DNA of 64,000 nt from a virus, in IMG/VR virus record IMGVR_UViG_3300045051_001056, positions 1 through 64,000 of that record; one strand, given 5' to 3'. The notes beneath the pieces are model-generated. The model was not told the origin of the DNA. It searched no databases and was given only the letters and a program-made list of their open reading frames with translations. Both the position numbers and the translations under genes were made by a program. Positions 30,139 through 39,290 of the stretch are shown piece after piece. The stretch's first letter is position 1. Each line of letters opens with the position of its first letter.

Positions 30139-30583
30139 ATTATTAAAAATAAATGAGATTGCATAGAAGCCTAAATGAGCCTGGTTGAAAGAGAGCATAT
30201 GTCTTTGGATTTGCAACCAAAGTTTCAACGAATGTTGAATTAAAACATGCCTTATGCTGTGATGCGAAGAATCCTGCTCTATTGTGCACAATATCAGGTG
30301 AGCTTAAGTAACTCAATAAAATTCGACGATAATCTCATTTATTAATAGCGCTTAGTTTAATTGAAAAACACCAAAAAGGCAATATCAAAAATCAGCTTAT
30401 TATGAGATATTGTTCTTCGGGAAACCATAGTCGTAATATGGTAGCGCTACCAAGTTTTATATAAAAAGTTTAACCTTAAAAAAATAACCATGAAAATACT
30501 TTATTTCACTCTCATGCACAAGAGACAGATGATATATATGTCCAATATATAAAGTTAAAATCACAAACTTTAAAGAAACAATT

Positions 30584-30691
30584 ATGAGCACTGAATCAAT
30601 TATAACAATCGCAACTGTAATAATAATTGGCGTGGTCGCATTTGCTGCCGTTATATTGGCCATTAATGATTATATTAAAAAAGATCAATAA
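30584..30691 (+). CDS. single-TM microprotein
   Basis: MSTESIITIATVIIIGVVAFAAVILAINDYIKKDQ. Confidence 0.5.
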   Translation: MSTESIITIATVIIIGVVAFAAVILAINDYIKKDQ

Positions 30692-30692
30692 T

Positions 30693-30860
30693 ATGCATCG
30701 CACTATAACACGCTGGGAAATTATTACATGGCTTGTAGCAGGCTATGATAAAAGAGACGCTGAAATGGCGCATGGTTTATTTGCGAGGAAGCTTACAGAT
30801 GAATATTTGGCTAAACAATTTAAACTAATTATACTCAGAAAAGGCACATTCGCATACTAA
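30693..30860 (+). CDS. hypothetical protein
   Basis: MHRTITRWEII..., ATG right after the preceding stop. Confidence 0.45.
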   Translation: MHRTITRWEIITWLVAGYDKRDAEMAHGLFARKLTDEYLAKQFKLIILRKGTFAY

Positions 30861-31212
30861 TAAAATTGAAAATCATGAAAAAAAATGAACAAATTGTAGA
30901 AAAACTACGCGAATTAGAAACAGAATATTTATCTAAAGTTGTCAATAGCATTACACTATTCCCGTCCATTGAATCTTCGGAACAAATAATATTAAGAGCC
31001 AAAATTAGAACATTAAAATGGGTTCTCAATATCGATAACATTAATATTTAAGCTAAAGCCTTGTCAAGATGACTGATGGATTATATAGGGTGGAAACATC
31101 TTGGTTTACCGCAGGATTTGTCATTAAAGATGGGAGTGTTGTAAAATGCGCTCCCATACTTCGTGCAAAACTATACTATTGGAAAACTATTGCAATTAAA
31201 ATTAAATAAACC

Positions 31213-31413
31213 ATGAAAAAATATATTAAACTATTCATGATATCAATCTTTATTGCCTATATATCCGTATCCATCGTTGTAGGAGATTGTATAATGATAT
31301 TTACTGATATAAGAATATTTTCAATATTTGCAATAATATTTCTACTTGGTTTTGTATATTGCATATTATTTCTTAATCTAACAAGTACAAGAAAAATTAT
31401 TAAAGCTATTTAA
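31213..31413 (+). CDS. small 2-TM membrane protein
   Basis: Two hydrophobic segments. Confidence 0.5.
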   Translation: MKKYIKLFMISIFIAYISVSIVVGDCIMIFTDIRIFSIFAIIFLLGFVYCILFLNLTSTRKIIKAI

Positions 31414-31429
31414 ATTAATATCCATTAAA

Positions 31430-31717
31430 ATGAAAAAAGTATTTGTAATAAAAAATCGTGAATTTGGCAATCAATTTAGAGAAGAGATTAAGGTTAAATT
31501 CAAAAAATATAAGAATTATGGAATTAAGTGCATCCTTATCTCAAAAATATATGATAACGATAATTTGATAGAAGATATTAAAGATACTGTCTGTATTGAT
31601 AACGGTCTTAATAGAGAAGATTTAAAAGAATTGGCCCTTAGGACCACAATGGGCACCTCGTTTCATAAATATAGAGAAAAAATCGTTAAATTCTTTTTAA
31701 ACAAAAAATCAAAATGA
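31430..31717 (+). CDS. hypothetical protein
   Basis: 95 aa ORF. Confidence 0.5.
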   Translation: MKKVFVIKNREFGNQFREEIKVKFKKYKNYGIKCILISKIYDNDNLIEDIKDTVCIDNGLNREDLKELALRTTMGTSFHKYREKIVKFFLNKKSK

Positions 31718-32241
31718 AAAAACAAAATCTTTCATTGTCAATATCAATATTGGCATTAATTTTATCAATGATAGCATTGACATCATCATGTAGTAAAAGG
31801 TCAAGTATATTGAAGGAAAAGGATCCCATATTGAGAGAAGGGATCATTCCTGATACAACCAATGTAGCCGATTCTTCGTCAGTGCCAGACAGCATCAACA
31901 TATTGGTACAACCTAAAAAGGCTGACATATTTTACGAATGCTATATTGTTGAACAATGGGAATCACCTGACTATCCTTGGGATTGGGAATATGTTGATGG
32001 CAGTCCAAATAAGTCTGTTAAACAATATTTTGAAGATAAATATGGGCGACCAGATACAATACAAAAAGAAATAAAGGTCAATAGCTCAATATTAGAATTG
32101 ACAACATTCGAGCTGGAAAATACGCTCCCATTAACTGGTTATAAAACTGATTCAGCAGTATTTGTATCAAATAAAGCATATTCCATGCGAAAATATGAAT
32201 ACAGAAAGGTTAAGAAAGGCCAATATAAATTAAAAAAATAA
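31714..32241 (+). CDS. putative lipoprotein
   Basis: Signal peptide ending LTSSC. Confidence 0.6.
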   Translation: MKKQNLSLSISILALILSMIALTSSCSKRSSILKEKDPILREGIIPDTTNVADSSSVPDSINILVQPKKADIFYECYIVEQWESPDYPWDWEYVDGSPNKSVKQYFEDKYGRPDTIQKEIKVNSSILELTTFELENTLPLTGYKTDSAVFVSNKAYSMRKYEYRKVKKGQYKLKK

Positions 32242-32298
32242 AATTAAATCAAAATGAAATATTACTATTAGAAAATAATAAATAATTAATTTTAAGAT

Positions 32299-32636
32299 TT
32301 CCCCGTGACACAAATTTAAGCAGGGGATAAGTTCATCACTACTTAATATTACAAGTGGAGAGACGGCGGTGACGGAACCGTATATATAAATAAATTAGGT
32401 TAAAATTAAAGAAAAGTAAGTGCAAGCCAAAAGGCCCAGGCTAGCCTTAATTTACATAAATGGGCACTAAAAGAAGACCGGCCAGCAAAAATAAGCTCAG
32501 TATATCAGTATACACCCGGTCATGAAGAGGGTACGAGTCGTTCGCCTTCGTAAATTCATATAAAAGTTAACTTAAAACGACTCAAATGCGCGCAAACAAG
32601 GTGGTGAATCCGTTATACAGGTAGTAGCCACCTTTT
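32299..32636 (+). ncRNA. candidate structured non-coding RNA
   Basis: ORF-free 420-nt gap with several GC-rich stems (see findings). Confidence 0.4.
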
Positions 32637-32662
32637 AAATTTGAAAATTATTTAAACTAGAT

Positions 32663-33247
32663 ATGGATCAAATAGAGTTTCATTTAAATAAGCTTCCCGA
32701 CGGGCATCGGGAAAAAGCATTGTTTTATTATAATAGGGAGGTAATGTGTGGAGGTACAATGCCGCTGTTAGAATGTAACAGTGTGTCAAATGCGCTAACA
32801 CATGCCTTTGATTGGGACAAAACAGAAGAGGGTGCTATATGTTGGGCGCAAATAAGAAAAGCATATGATGCATTTGAAACTAAAGGTATAAATATACCTA
32901 AATTGCCGCCGATATTACAAAAACCCCATGGTTTTATGAATGGGCGATATGGCCCAATTGAAATTAAACTGGTAACAGATAGACAAGCTTTTGAACTTTT
33001 TAATATATTGGAAGAATATTCTTTCGAAGGAATAGCTGGATTTAGAAAAAATATAGAAAGTGTACCACATTATTATACTGGTTGCCATGTAATATTTCAT
33101 GAACATAAAAGAATAAATTTTAGAACAGTTCCCACCCTTAATGATATAAATATACTTCTCAGATACAGGACAATAATAGTGCCATTCGAAAAATTTAAAA
33201 TTTATAAGGATATATATTTTTACAATTATTTAAATTATTCATTTTAA
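32663..33247 (+). CDS. hypothetical protein (W-x2-T/S-x-EG-x3-W family plus second domain)
   Basis: 194 aa; internal paralogy to 33261, 42440 and 33898. Confidence 0.6.
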   Translation: MDQIEFHLNKLPDGHREKALFYYNREVMCGGTMPLLECNSVSNALTHAFDWDKTEEGAICWAQIRKAYDAFETKGINIPKLPPILQKPHGFMNGRYGPIEIKLVTDRQAFELFNILEEYSFEGIAGFRKNIESVPHYYTGCHVIFHEHKRINFRTVPTLNDINILLRYRTIIVPFEKFKIYKDIYFYNYLNYSF

Positions 33248-33260
33248 AATCAATATTATA

Positions 33261-33713
33261 ATGATCATATGTTCGATTGGCATGGCTGAAGGCATATTCA
33301 TTTCGATAACAATAGTGGCAGCTACTTTTGCGATATGTCAACTTTTTGGACTGGCCATAGACAAAATTTCTGATAAGATACATGACCACAATCTAAAAAA
33401 ATATTCTAAAGATTGCTTCACACCAACAATAGTTGTTGATTGGTTAAGAACAATGCCAGAAGAATATGCGCAAAGGGCAATAAATAATATGTATAATCCT
33501 TATAATTTCTTAAATAAAAATGCATATAAAAACTGCTCTTCGGTTAGCGAAGCATTACGTTCATCATTTTTATGGATTCCTTCACCAGAAGGAATTATAT
33601 TTTGGCTAAAAGTGGCAGAATATTACACTGACCTAGAAACAAATGGAAAAACTTTACTAAAATTGCCTAAAATTCCCAAGAAAAATATCAAATATACATT
33701 GTCTCGCCATTAA
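33261..33713 (+). CDS. membrane-anchored hypothetical protein (same family)
   Basis: N-terminal TM; FLWIPSPEGIIFWLKV. Confidence 0.6.
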   Translation: MIICSIGMAEGIFISITIVAATFAICQLFGLAIDKISDKIHDHNLKKYSKDCFTPTIVVDWLRTMPEEYAQRAINNMYNPYNFLNKNAYKNCSSVSEALRSSFLWIPSPEGIIFWLKVAEYYTDLETNGKTLLKLPKIPKKNIKYTLSRH

Positions 33714-33897
33714 ATCAAGGAAGTAATTCATATAACGCTTTTCATAAACCAGAATTTTAATATAATTTTAGTTTTCTCAGCTGGTTATGCATGTTAACGA
33801 TAACGATCAAGTTTGAATCTGTTGATTATTTTAAGGAATAATCTTAATAATATGTTTTAATAAATGAATTGCTTCCTTTTAAATATAATTTAAAATT

Positions 33898-34179
33898 ATG
33901 ATAAAGATATGTGTAAACAATAAAGAAGAATTTGATAAAATAGTGGAAATATGGACAGAGGAGGGATGTGTTAAAAATTTTATGATTAATCATTTTTCTA
34001 GATGTTTCGACTTATATAGGAAAACAAATATATTCTTAATAAAGCAAACCTTAGAATTTGGCATAAAACAAATAACTGCTTCCACGAATCGTACTTTTCC
34101 AAACCCAAAAGAACGGGAACAAGGAGTAATCTCTTCGGACAAATATTTATTATATAAAGATATCTATAAGCTTGAATAA
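33898..34179 (+). CDS. hypothetical protein
   Basis: 93 aa ORF. Confidence 0.5.
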   Translation: MIKICVNNKEEFDKIVEIWTEEGCVKNFMINHFSRCFDLYRKTNIFLIKQTLEFGIKQITASTNRTFPNPKEREQGVISSDKYLLYKDIYKLE

Positions 34180-34187
34180 TAGTGGAA

Positions 34188-34267
34188 GTGATTGGTGTCA
34201 AGTGGTAACACGTCAAAGATTTCATCAGCGAAAGCACTGGAAGATGAGAGTTCGAACCTCTCATCAC
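34188..34267 (+). pseudogene. tRNA-like element with aberrant anticodon region
   Basis: D arm GTGT-CAAGTGGTA-ACAC, T arm GAGAG-TTCGAAC-CTCTC, 5-bp acceptor GTGAT/ATCAC; no canonical anticodon arm. Confidence 0.5.
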
Positions 34268-34548
34268 AACTGCTATTAATTTAAAAACAAATTTAAAAAA
34301 TAATTACATTATGGACCCACTGCCTTTCATTATATTAGGACTCTTATTATTATATTGGATGATTAAGAGTATGAATTCTGGAGGAAATAATAATTGTTGT
34401 ACAAGATAACAATAACCCCCCTCCTTAAGGTTCCCCCCCAAAAACAAAAAACCCTACCGCTTACCATAAACCTTCCAACTTTATTAGGTGGTCTTAGTTT
34501 TGCCATTCTTTATCCTTACTCAGGCGTGGCTACATTCTATATTTAATG

Positions 34549-34580
34549 CAAAGATAATACAAAATTTTTCAATTTCCAAA
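34549..34580 (-). promoter_or_regulatory. canonical Bacteroidota promoter firing antisense to the surrounding genes
   Basis: TTTG-N20-TATCTTTG on the minus strand. Confidence 0.65.
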
Positions 34581-34609
34581 TATTGTTTAAAAATTTAACA
34601 TTATTTAAC

Positions 34610-34858
34610 ATGTCACTTATTGCTAAAATAATTATTGTCATCTTAATAATGGCAATTTGGTTCATTTGGGCAAGATATCTTCGATACAAATACTATCGAA
34701 GAAAAATCTGGAATTTTATTAACCTATCGTGGTTGGAAAAAAACTTATTGATAATAGAAATTATTCTAAATTGGATAATAATTATATCTACCTTTTTGAT
34801 ATTATGTTGGTTAATGTTTTCAATAGGTCTTTCGATCTGGATATTAATATTACATTAA
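34610..34858 (+). CDS. 2-TM membrane protein
   Basis: MSLIAKIIIVILIMAIWFIW... two hydrophobic helices. Confidence 0.5.
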   Translation: MSLIAKIIIVILIMAIWFIWARYLRYKYYRRKIWNFINLSWLEKNLLIIEIILNWIIIISTFLILCWLMFSIGLSIWILILH

Positions 34859-34859
34859 A

Positions 34860-35420
34860 ATGAAAAAAAATCAATTACCATTATCATGGTATATAGAAAA
34901 TGATAAAAGTCAATTATTTAAAGATACAGTAATCTCATACCTTAATACCAAGTATGGTGGAAATTATGCTGGAACTGATAAATATTATGGAATGACCGGG
35001 AAATATCATGTCAGTTCATTAAGTAATGCAGCTTTTCGAGCAAATAATTACACACGTCTTACGTTGCAGGATTTTATTGATCTCAGCGCAATCAAAATAA
35101 AGGCTGTAAAAGAAAAAAAATATGAATTAACCAGGTCCACCATATTAGAAATGGCCTCTCGTAATCCTGCAGTAAAAATGGCTTTAAGAGGTGCATTTCC
35201 TGATGCATTCGAACCAGAAGACAAATCTGTAAATATACCACTTGCATCCAATATGAAAACTGAGGGGTTCCAAATAATTAGAGATAGTAATCAAGTACGC
35301 TTAGCAGAACCTATACAATATGGTGAATATTTCGGAAAGGCACTTTTTCTTAATACATCATTCAATTGGGAGCTAAGGTTGGGTGAAACACAAAGCATTT
35401 TAATACCAACAAAAAAATGA
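34860..35420 (+). CDS. hypothetical protein
   Basis: 186 aa ORF. Confidence 0.6.
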   Translation: MKKNQLPLSWYIENDKSQLFKDTVISYLNTKYGGNYAGTDKYYGMTGKYHVSSLSNAAFRANNYTRLTLQDFIDLSAIKIKAVKEKKYELTRSTILEMASRNPAVKMALRGAFPDAFEPEDKSVNIPLASNMKTEGFQIIRDSNQVRLAEPIQYGEYFGKALFLNTSFNWELRLGETQSILIPTKK

Positions 35421-35881
35421 AAATAATATTATATATTGTAATAATTTTCGCAACAATAAGTTGTGCCGAAAAGAAAAATCCAATTTGTTTGGAATTCCAA
35501 GGAAAATGTGAATTGCGCAAATTCAAGTGTGAAAGCGAAAAAAACAAAACTTCTAGCGGATATTGGGTTATTGCTGGTGGAAGCTATTCTTCTCAAGAGA
35601 CCACTAAAAAATGGATAACTTTTTATTGTAAAAACAATAACGGGGAATACTGTAAGTTTGATGTTATGCCTAACAAAATTAGGATCTCTATTAATGATAC
35701 GATAAGTAGGCCATATGTCATATTTCACACAAAATATGATTTCTATAATGATATTTATTTTTGCCTTTACACCGAAGGGTGGAGTCGTGGGCCCACTTCA
35801 CACACATTCGATGGGCAATATGTCACAATATTTTGCAACAATGAGGATTTTCCAGAAAGTTTAAACATTGATCAATTATAA
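35417..35881 (+). CDS. putative lipoprotein
   Basis: MKIILYIVIIFATISC lipobox-like signal. Confidence 0.6.
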   Translation: MKIILYIVIIFATISCAEKKNPICLEFQGKCELRKFKCESEKNKTSSGYWVIAGGSYSSQETTKKWITFYCKNNNGEYCKFDVMPNKIRISINDTISRPYVIFHTKYDFYNDIYFCLYTEGWSRGPTSHTFDGQYVTIFCNNEDFPESLNIDQL

Positions 35882-35891
35882 ATAAAAACAT

Positions 35892-36260
35892 TAACATTCG
35901 TTGAGATTGCTAGTAAAATTCGTTTGGACCGGGGTTTGATTCCCCGCACCTCCACATGCAGGAGTCGGTATTGGACATTTCTTATATACCGTTAGATTTG
36001 TATAGGATAATATCGACTCCCCTTTCTACAACGTAATCGCCAATTACGACACCTCGGAGGAAGCAGGTGTATTTCGTCTGCTTAAGAAAGATGTGGCACG
36101 TCGAGGTTAAATTTTATGGGGGTGATCGAGTTTGACAGCGAAAGAATAGGGTAATTGAGAGTGTTAGTAAGCGCAAACGGCAATCAGTTTGAAATTGGTT
36201 TTCAGTCATCAAGGATGGCTGCTTAATCACGCCTAGCCCCAGCGAAATGGGGCTTTTTCT
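35892..36260 (+). ncRNA. ssrA: circularly permuted (two-piece) tmRNA
   Basis: Acceptor piece 35892-35954 (T arm CGGGG-TTTGATT-CCCCG, CACCTCC-A) precedes the coding piece starting GGGGGTGATCGAGTTTGAC at 36118; G3:U70 pair; tag ORF 36173-36226 ANGNQFEIGFQSSRMAA*. Confidence 0.9.
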
Positions 36261-36264
36261 TTTT
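36235..36264 (+). terminator. intrinsic terminator closing the tmRNA transcript
   Basis: AGCCCCA-GCGAAA-TGGGGCT followed by a T-rich run. Confidence 0.8.
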
Positions 36265-36426
36265 ATTAACAAAACATTTATAATGGAAGAAGAAGATAAC
36301 GGATTCCTAGATAATATATCTTCTAATCCTAAGATAGTATGGGCAATGTCTATTATATATCTCTTGCTTTTTATTTTATATATATTTATCAGTGTAATTA
36401 TTTTAAATCTTTAAAAAACAAGCAAA

Positions 36427-36690
36427 ATGAAAAGAATTGAAACGCCTGCAGGAAACACAGTTTTACAATTTACTGGAGAGTATTACCGTCACAGTAGGCC
36501 TCAGAGAACAAAGAACACTCAGGTGACCGAGAATTCCATCTCATTAGATCAAAAATTGTCAGTAAAAAAATCTTTTGGGGTAGACATGTCTACAAAAACA
36601 ACAGAAAAGGCGGCTGCCGCTACATTAAAACATCTTACCAACAAGACATTCAAAGGGGAAACCATTTGGAGGTCACAACTTGCAAGATAA
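36427..36690 (+). CDS. hypothetical protein
   Basis: 87 aa ORF. Confidence 0.5.
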   Translation: MKRIETPAGNTVLQFTGEYYRHSRPQRTKNTQVTENSISLDQKLSVKKSFGVDMSTKTTEKAAAATLKHLTNKTFKGETIWRSQLAR

Positions 36691-36961
36691 TATGGACTGG
36701 CTGTCAATAATCTATTTGATTGGGATTATATTGGCTCCAGCCATGTTTGCTATTATGGATTCGTTCGAAGAAAAAAACCGAACAAGAATTATTGACGATG
36801 AGAATTGGGGATGGGGAGCTATTTTATGCTTCTTTTCCCTATTATGGCCATTAGTGATAATGGTATATATTTTTCGTCATTTTTTTAAAATCTTTAGCTA
36901 TATTTATTGTAAAACAGAATCTATTATTCTTAACCTTAAGAATAAAAATAAAATTGGCTGA
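36680..36961 (+). CDS. small 2-TM membrane protein
   Basis: Hydrophobic helices, SLLWPL motif. Confidence 0.5.
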   Translation: MQDNMDWLSIIYLIGIILAPAMFAIMDSFEEKNRTRIIDDENWGWGAILCFFSLLWPLVIMVYIFRHFFKIFSYIYCKTESIILNLKNKNKIG

Positions 36962-36979
36962 TAATTTAAAATAAATCTT

Positions 36980-37219
36980 ATGAACACAATATTACTTATT
37001 TTTTTATTAGGAATAATATTCATTCCATTAATTACATTGATCCTGATCAAAGACGAAGATGTTGAAAACTGGGAGCCTGGGGATTGGGTAGCATTTTTCA
37101 TTGTATTCGGCTTGGGATGGATTGCGATTGCAATATATACCCTGATATGGGCGCTTTTCGTTATTTTATTAAAATTGTCAGATAAATTAATTTTAATCTT
37201 TAAAAAAACAAACAAATGA
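36980..37219 (+). CDS. small 2-TM membrane protein
   Basis: Two hydrophobic helices. Confidence 0.5.
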   Translation: MNTILLIFLLGIIFIPLITLILIKDEDVENWEPGDWVAFFIVFGLGWIAIAIYTLIWALFVILLKLSDKLILIFKKTNK

Positions 37220-37539
37220 AAGTACTTTTATCAGTAGATGGGTCTAGGGCAAGCTTTGCCTATATTCGATGGAATCATTCGATTCACCATGTGTCAAATG
37301 TTATAAAGACGGATATTGACAATACAATTCCATTGAGTAAAACTAGTTGTAAAATTGATTTTTTTGATTCGAAAGGAAACGCGCTAGGTCATGTTGAAGG
37401 TAGCTCAAAAGTATCTCCAAGAGATTTTTATAACAAAGAACTTGGTAGAAAATTGACCCTTAAACGTGCCATGAAAGATATAGAAAAGCCGATTAGAACA
37501 GCTTTATGGGAAGCGTATCTCAATCGTAAAAGCAGATAA
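37216..37539 (+). CDS. conserved phage hypothetical protein
   Basis: DFYNKELGRKLTLKRA motif. Confidence 0.55.
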   Translation: MKVLLSVDGSRASFAYIRWNHSIHHVSNVIKTDIDNTIPLSKTSCKIDFFDSKGNALGHVEGSSKVSPRDFYNKELGRKLTLKRAMKDIEKPIRTALWEAYLNRKSR

Positions 37540-37549
37540 AGCTTTCAAT

Positions 37550-38224
37550 ATGCGTAATCAAAAAAAATATCCATTTGAGGGAATTATGCACATTAAGTCC
37601 CATATAGAAATGATATTTTATGGCATGGCCCGTAAAGCAATGTTAGGAAGAAGAGATTTTGAAATAACTATTGTTTCTGGGCCTGCCATTTGTAGACATT
37701 GTAATGCTGCAAGATCAATTGGGGCAAAATTCATAAATATCTACGAAATTTCAAAAGAAGTTTATGAGAAAATTCTTGAGAGTGGAAAAAGCTTAAAAGG
37801 AGTAAAAATCCATTGTGCATCAGTTGAAAAAAGCAACGACCCATTCATAGACTGCGATTTAACTGGTATAAGCGAAATTCCATCGATAAAGAATACATTG
37901 AGAAATCAATCTTCAATACCTGGAAAAAAAGCTTTTATATGGACCGTAGCAGAGGATAGGAGAGAAAAATCTAAAAAAATTGATAACATCAATATAATAA
38001 AATCAATTTTAGATACTATAAGCGCAGGAGATGTTAAGATCGTCAACAAAATTAGATTAAAAACTCCTAGATTAGGATTAAAAGACAGCCTTGGAAGAGA
38101 GAGACATGGCTACATTGATCAAATAGATCTGGAAACTTCTAATAAAAATATCTTATCGCTCTTGTGCTTCAAATATAACTCTGGTGGCGGGAATATGTTA
38201 ACTTGTTATATAGAATATATTTAG
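37550..38224 (+). CDS. hypothetical protein
   Basis: 224 aa ORF. Confidence 0.6.
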   Translation: MRNQKKYPFEGIMHIKSHIEMIFYGMARKAMLGRRDFEITIVSGPAICRHCNAARSIGAKFINIYEISKEVYEKILESGKSLKGVKIHCASVEKSNDPFIDCDLTGISEIPSIKNTLRNQSSIPGKKAFIWTVAEDRREKSKKIDNINIIKSILDTISAGDVKIVNKIRLKTPRLGLKDSLGRERHGYIDQIDLETSNKNILSLLCFKYNSGGGNMLTCYIEYI

Positions 38225-38859
38225 TATGGAAATTAAACTTTCAATGGCAACATGGGTAATTATAGCGTTACTTACTTTAGTAATTATAGTAATCCAGCAT
38301 CTTTTAAATTGGTGGTACCGTCATGAGATAAAATATGGAGCTTTTTATAATGATGCATGGCTATCAATTGCCGTAGGAATTTCAGTTTTTATCCTATATT
38401 GCATATTACTTTGTTGCATACTTTAAAAATAATCAAAATGCCAAAATCAAAATTACGAAAAAATAGAAAAACCGTAATACAAACCATCATGTCTGCACCA
38501 GTAAGAATTCTTATCATGGTGAAAAAAGGGAAAAAAGAAATTCCATTAATTAAAACTACTAAAAGTGGCGACAAAAAAAAGGTTTACAAAAACAACCCGG
38601 ATTCGAAAGTTGTTAAGCAAATCAAACATTTTAGACCGCATGCCTAAAACATTATTTACTGTACACAAAATTGCCACAGCCCTGGAATTCCTAAGAAATA
38701 TCGAACTGCAAGAAGGTGTTAATGACGGAGAAATAAATCAACAAACTCAAAGTGACATAGAGACTTGCAAAGGAATCCTAGAAAATTCCATGAAAAACGA
38801 AGGATATGTAATTGTTTATGGCGAAACAGGTAATATGATGATTAAAAAAATAGTAGAAA

Positions 38860-39111
38860 ATGTTTAAAAAAATTGGAGCATTAATTAAAATTCAAGGAGC
38901 AAAATCTAGGCCTAAAATTACTAAAACATATCCAATATTAGGAATATGGGAAGACGGTACAATCGCAATATTTGTATCTCGCGGCGAAGGCTATGTTGTG
39001 CAGAGGGGGGAAAAAACATCTGAGTGGGATTTTCTCGAAAATGTTGACGAAAGTGGTTTTTCCTTTCCAGCTGGATTAAGCTATTCGATTGAAAATGTAG
39101 ATATAAAATGA
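38860..39111 (+). CDS. hypothetical protein, similar to 47143..47382
   Basis: YPILG...GTIAIF...GEGYVV vs FPILA...GIIVLF...SGMVI. Confidence 0.5.
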   Translation: MFKKIGALIKIQGAKSRPKITKTYPILGIWEDGTIAIFVSRGEGYVVQRGEKTSEWDFLENVDESGFSFPAGLSYSIENVDIK

Positions 39112-39290
39112 GATACATCATTGTCCCATTAACAGCTATTCTATATTTTTGGTGGACCATTAAATCTATCAAGAACTTAATTGATAATTGGAGGAGTGGA
39201 TATGACTTAGAAGGACACACACTCTTGTGGTGTTTTTTACATATAATCATTTTCATATTCTTTTCGTTTCTTTATTGGTAGATAAAATTT

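Noticed and set aside
30346-30449. Hammerhead-like arrangement (TAGCGC ... GAAAC-CATA/TATG-GTA-GCGCTA)
   Set aside because: The CUGANGA core is missing after stem I; it may be some structured element but is not supportable as a ribozyme
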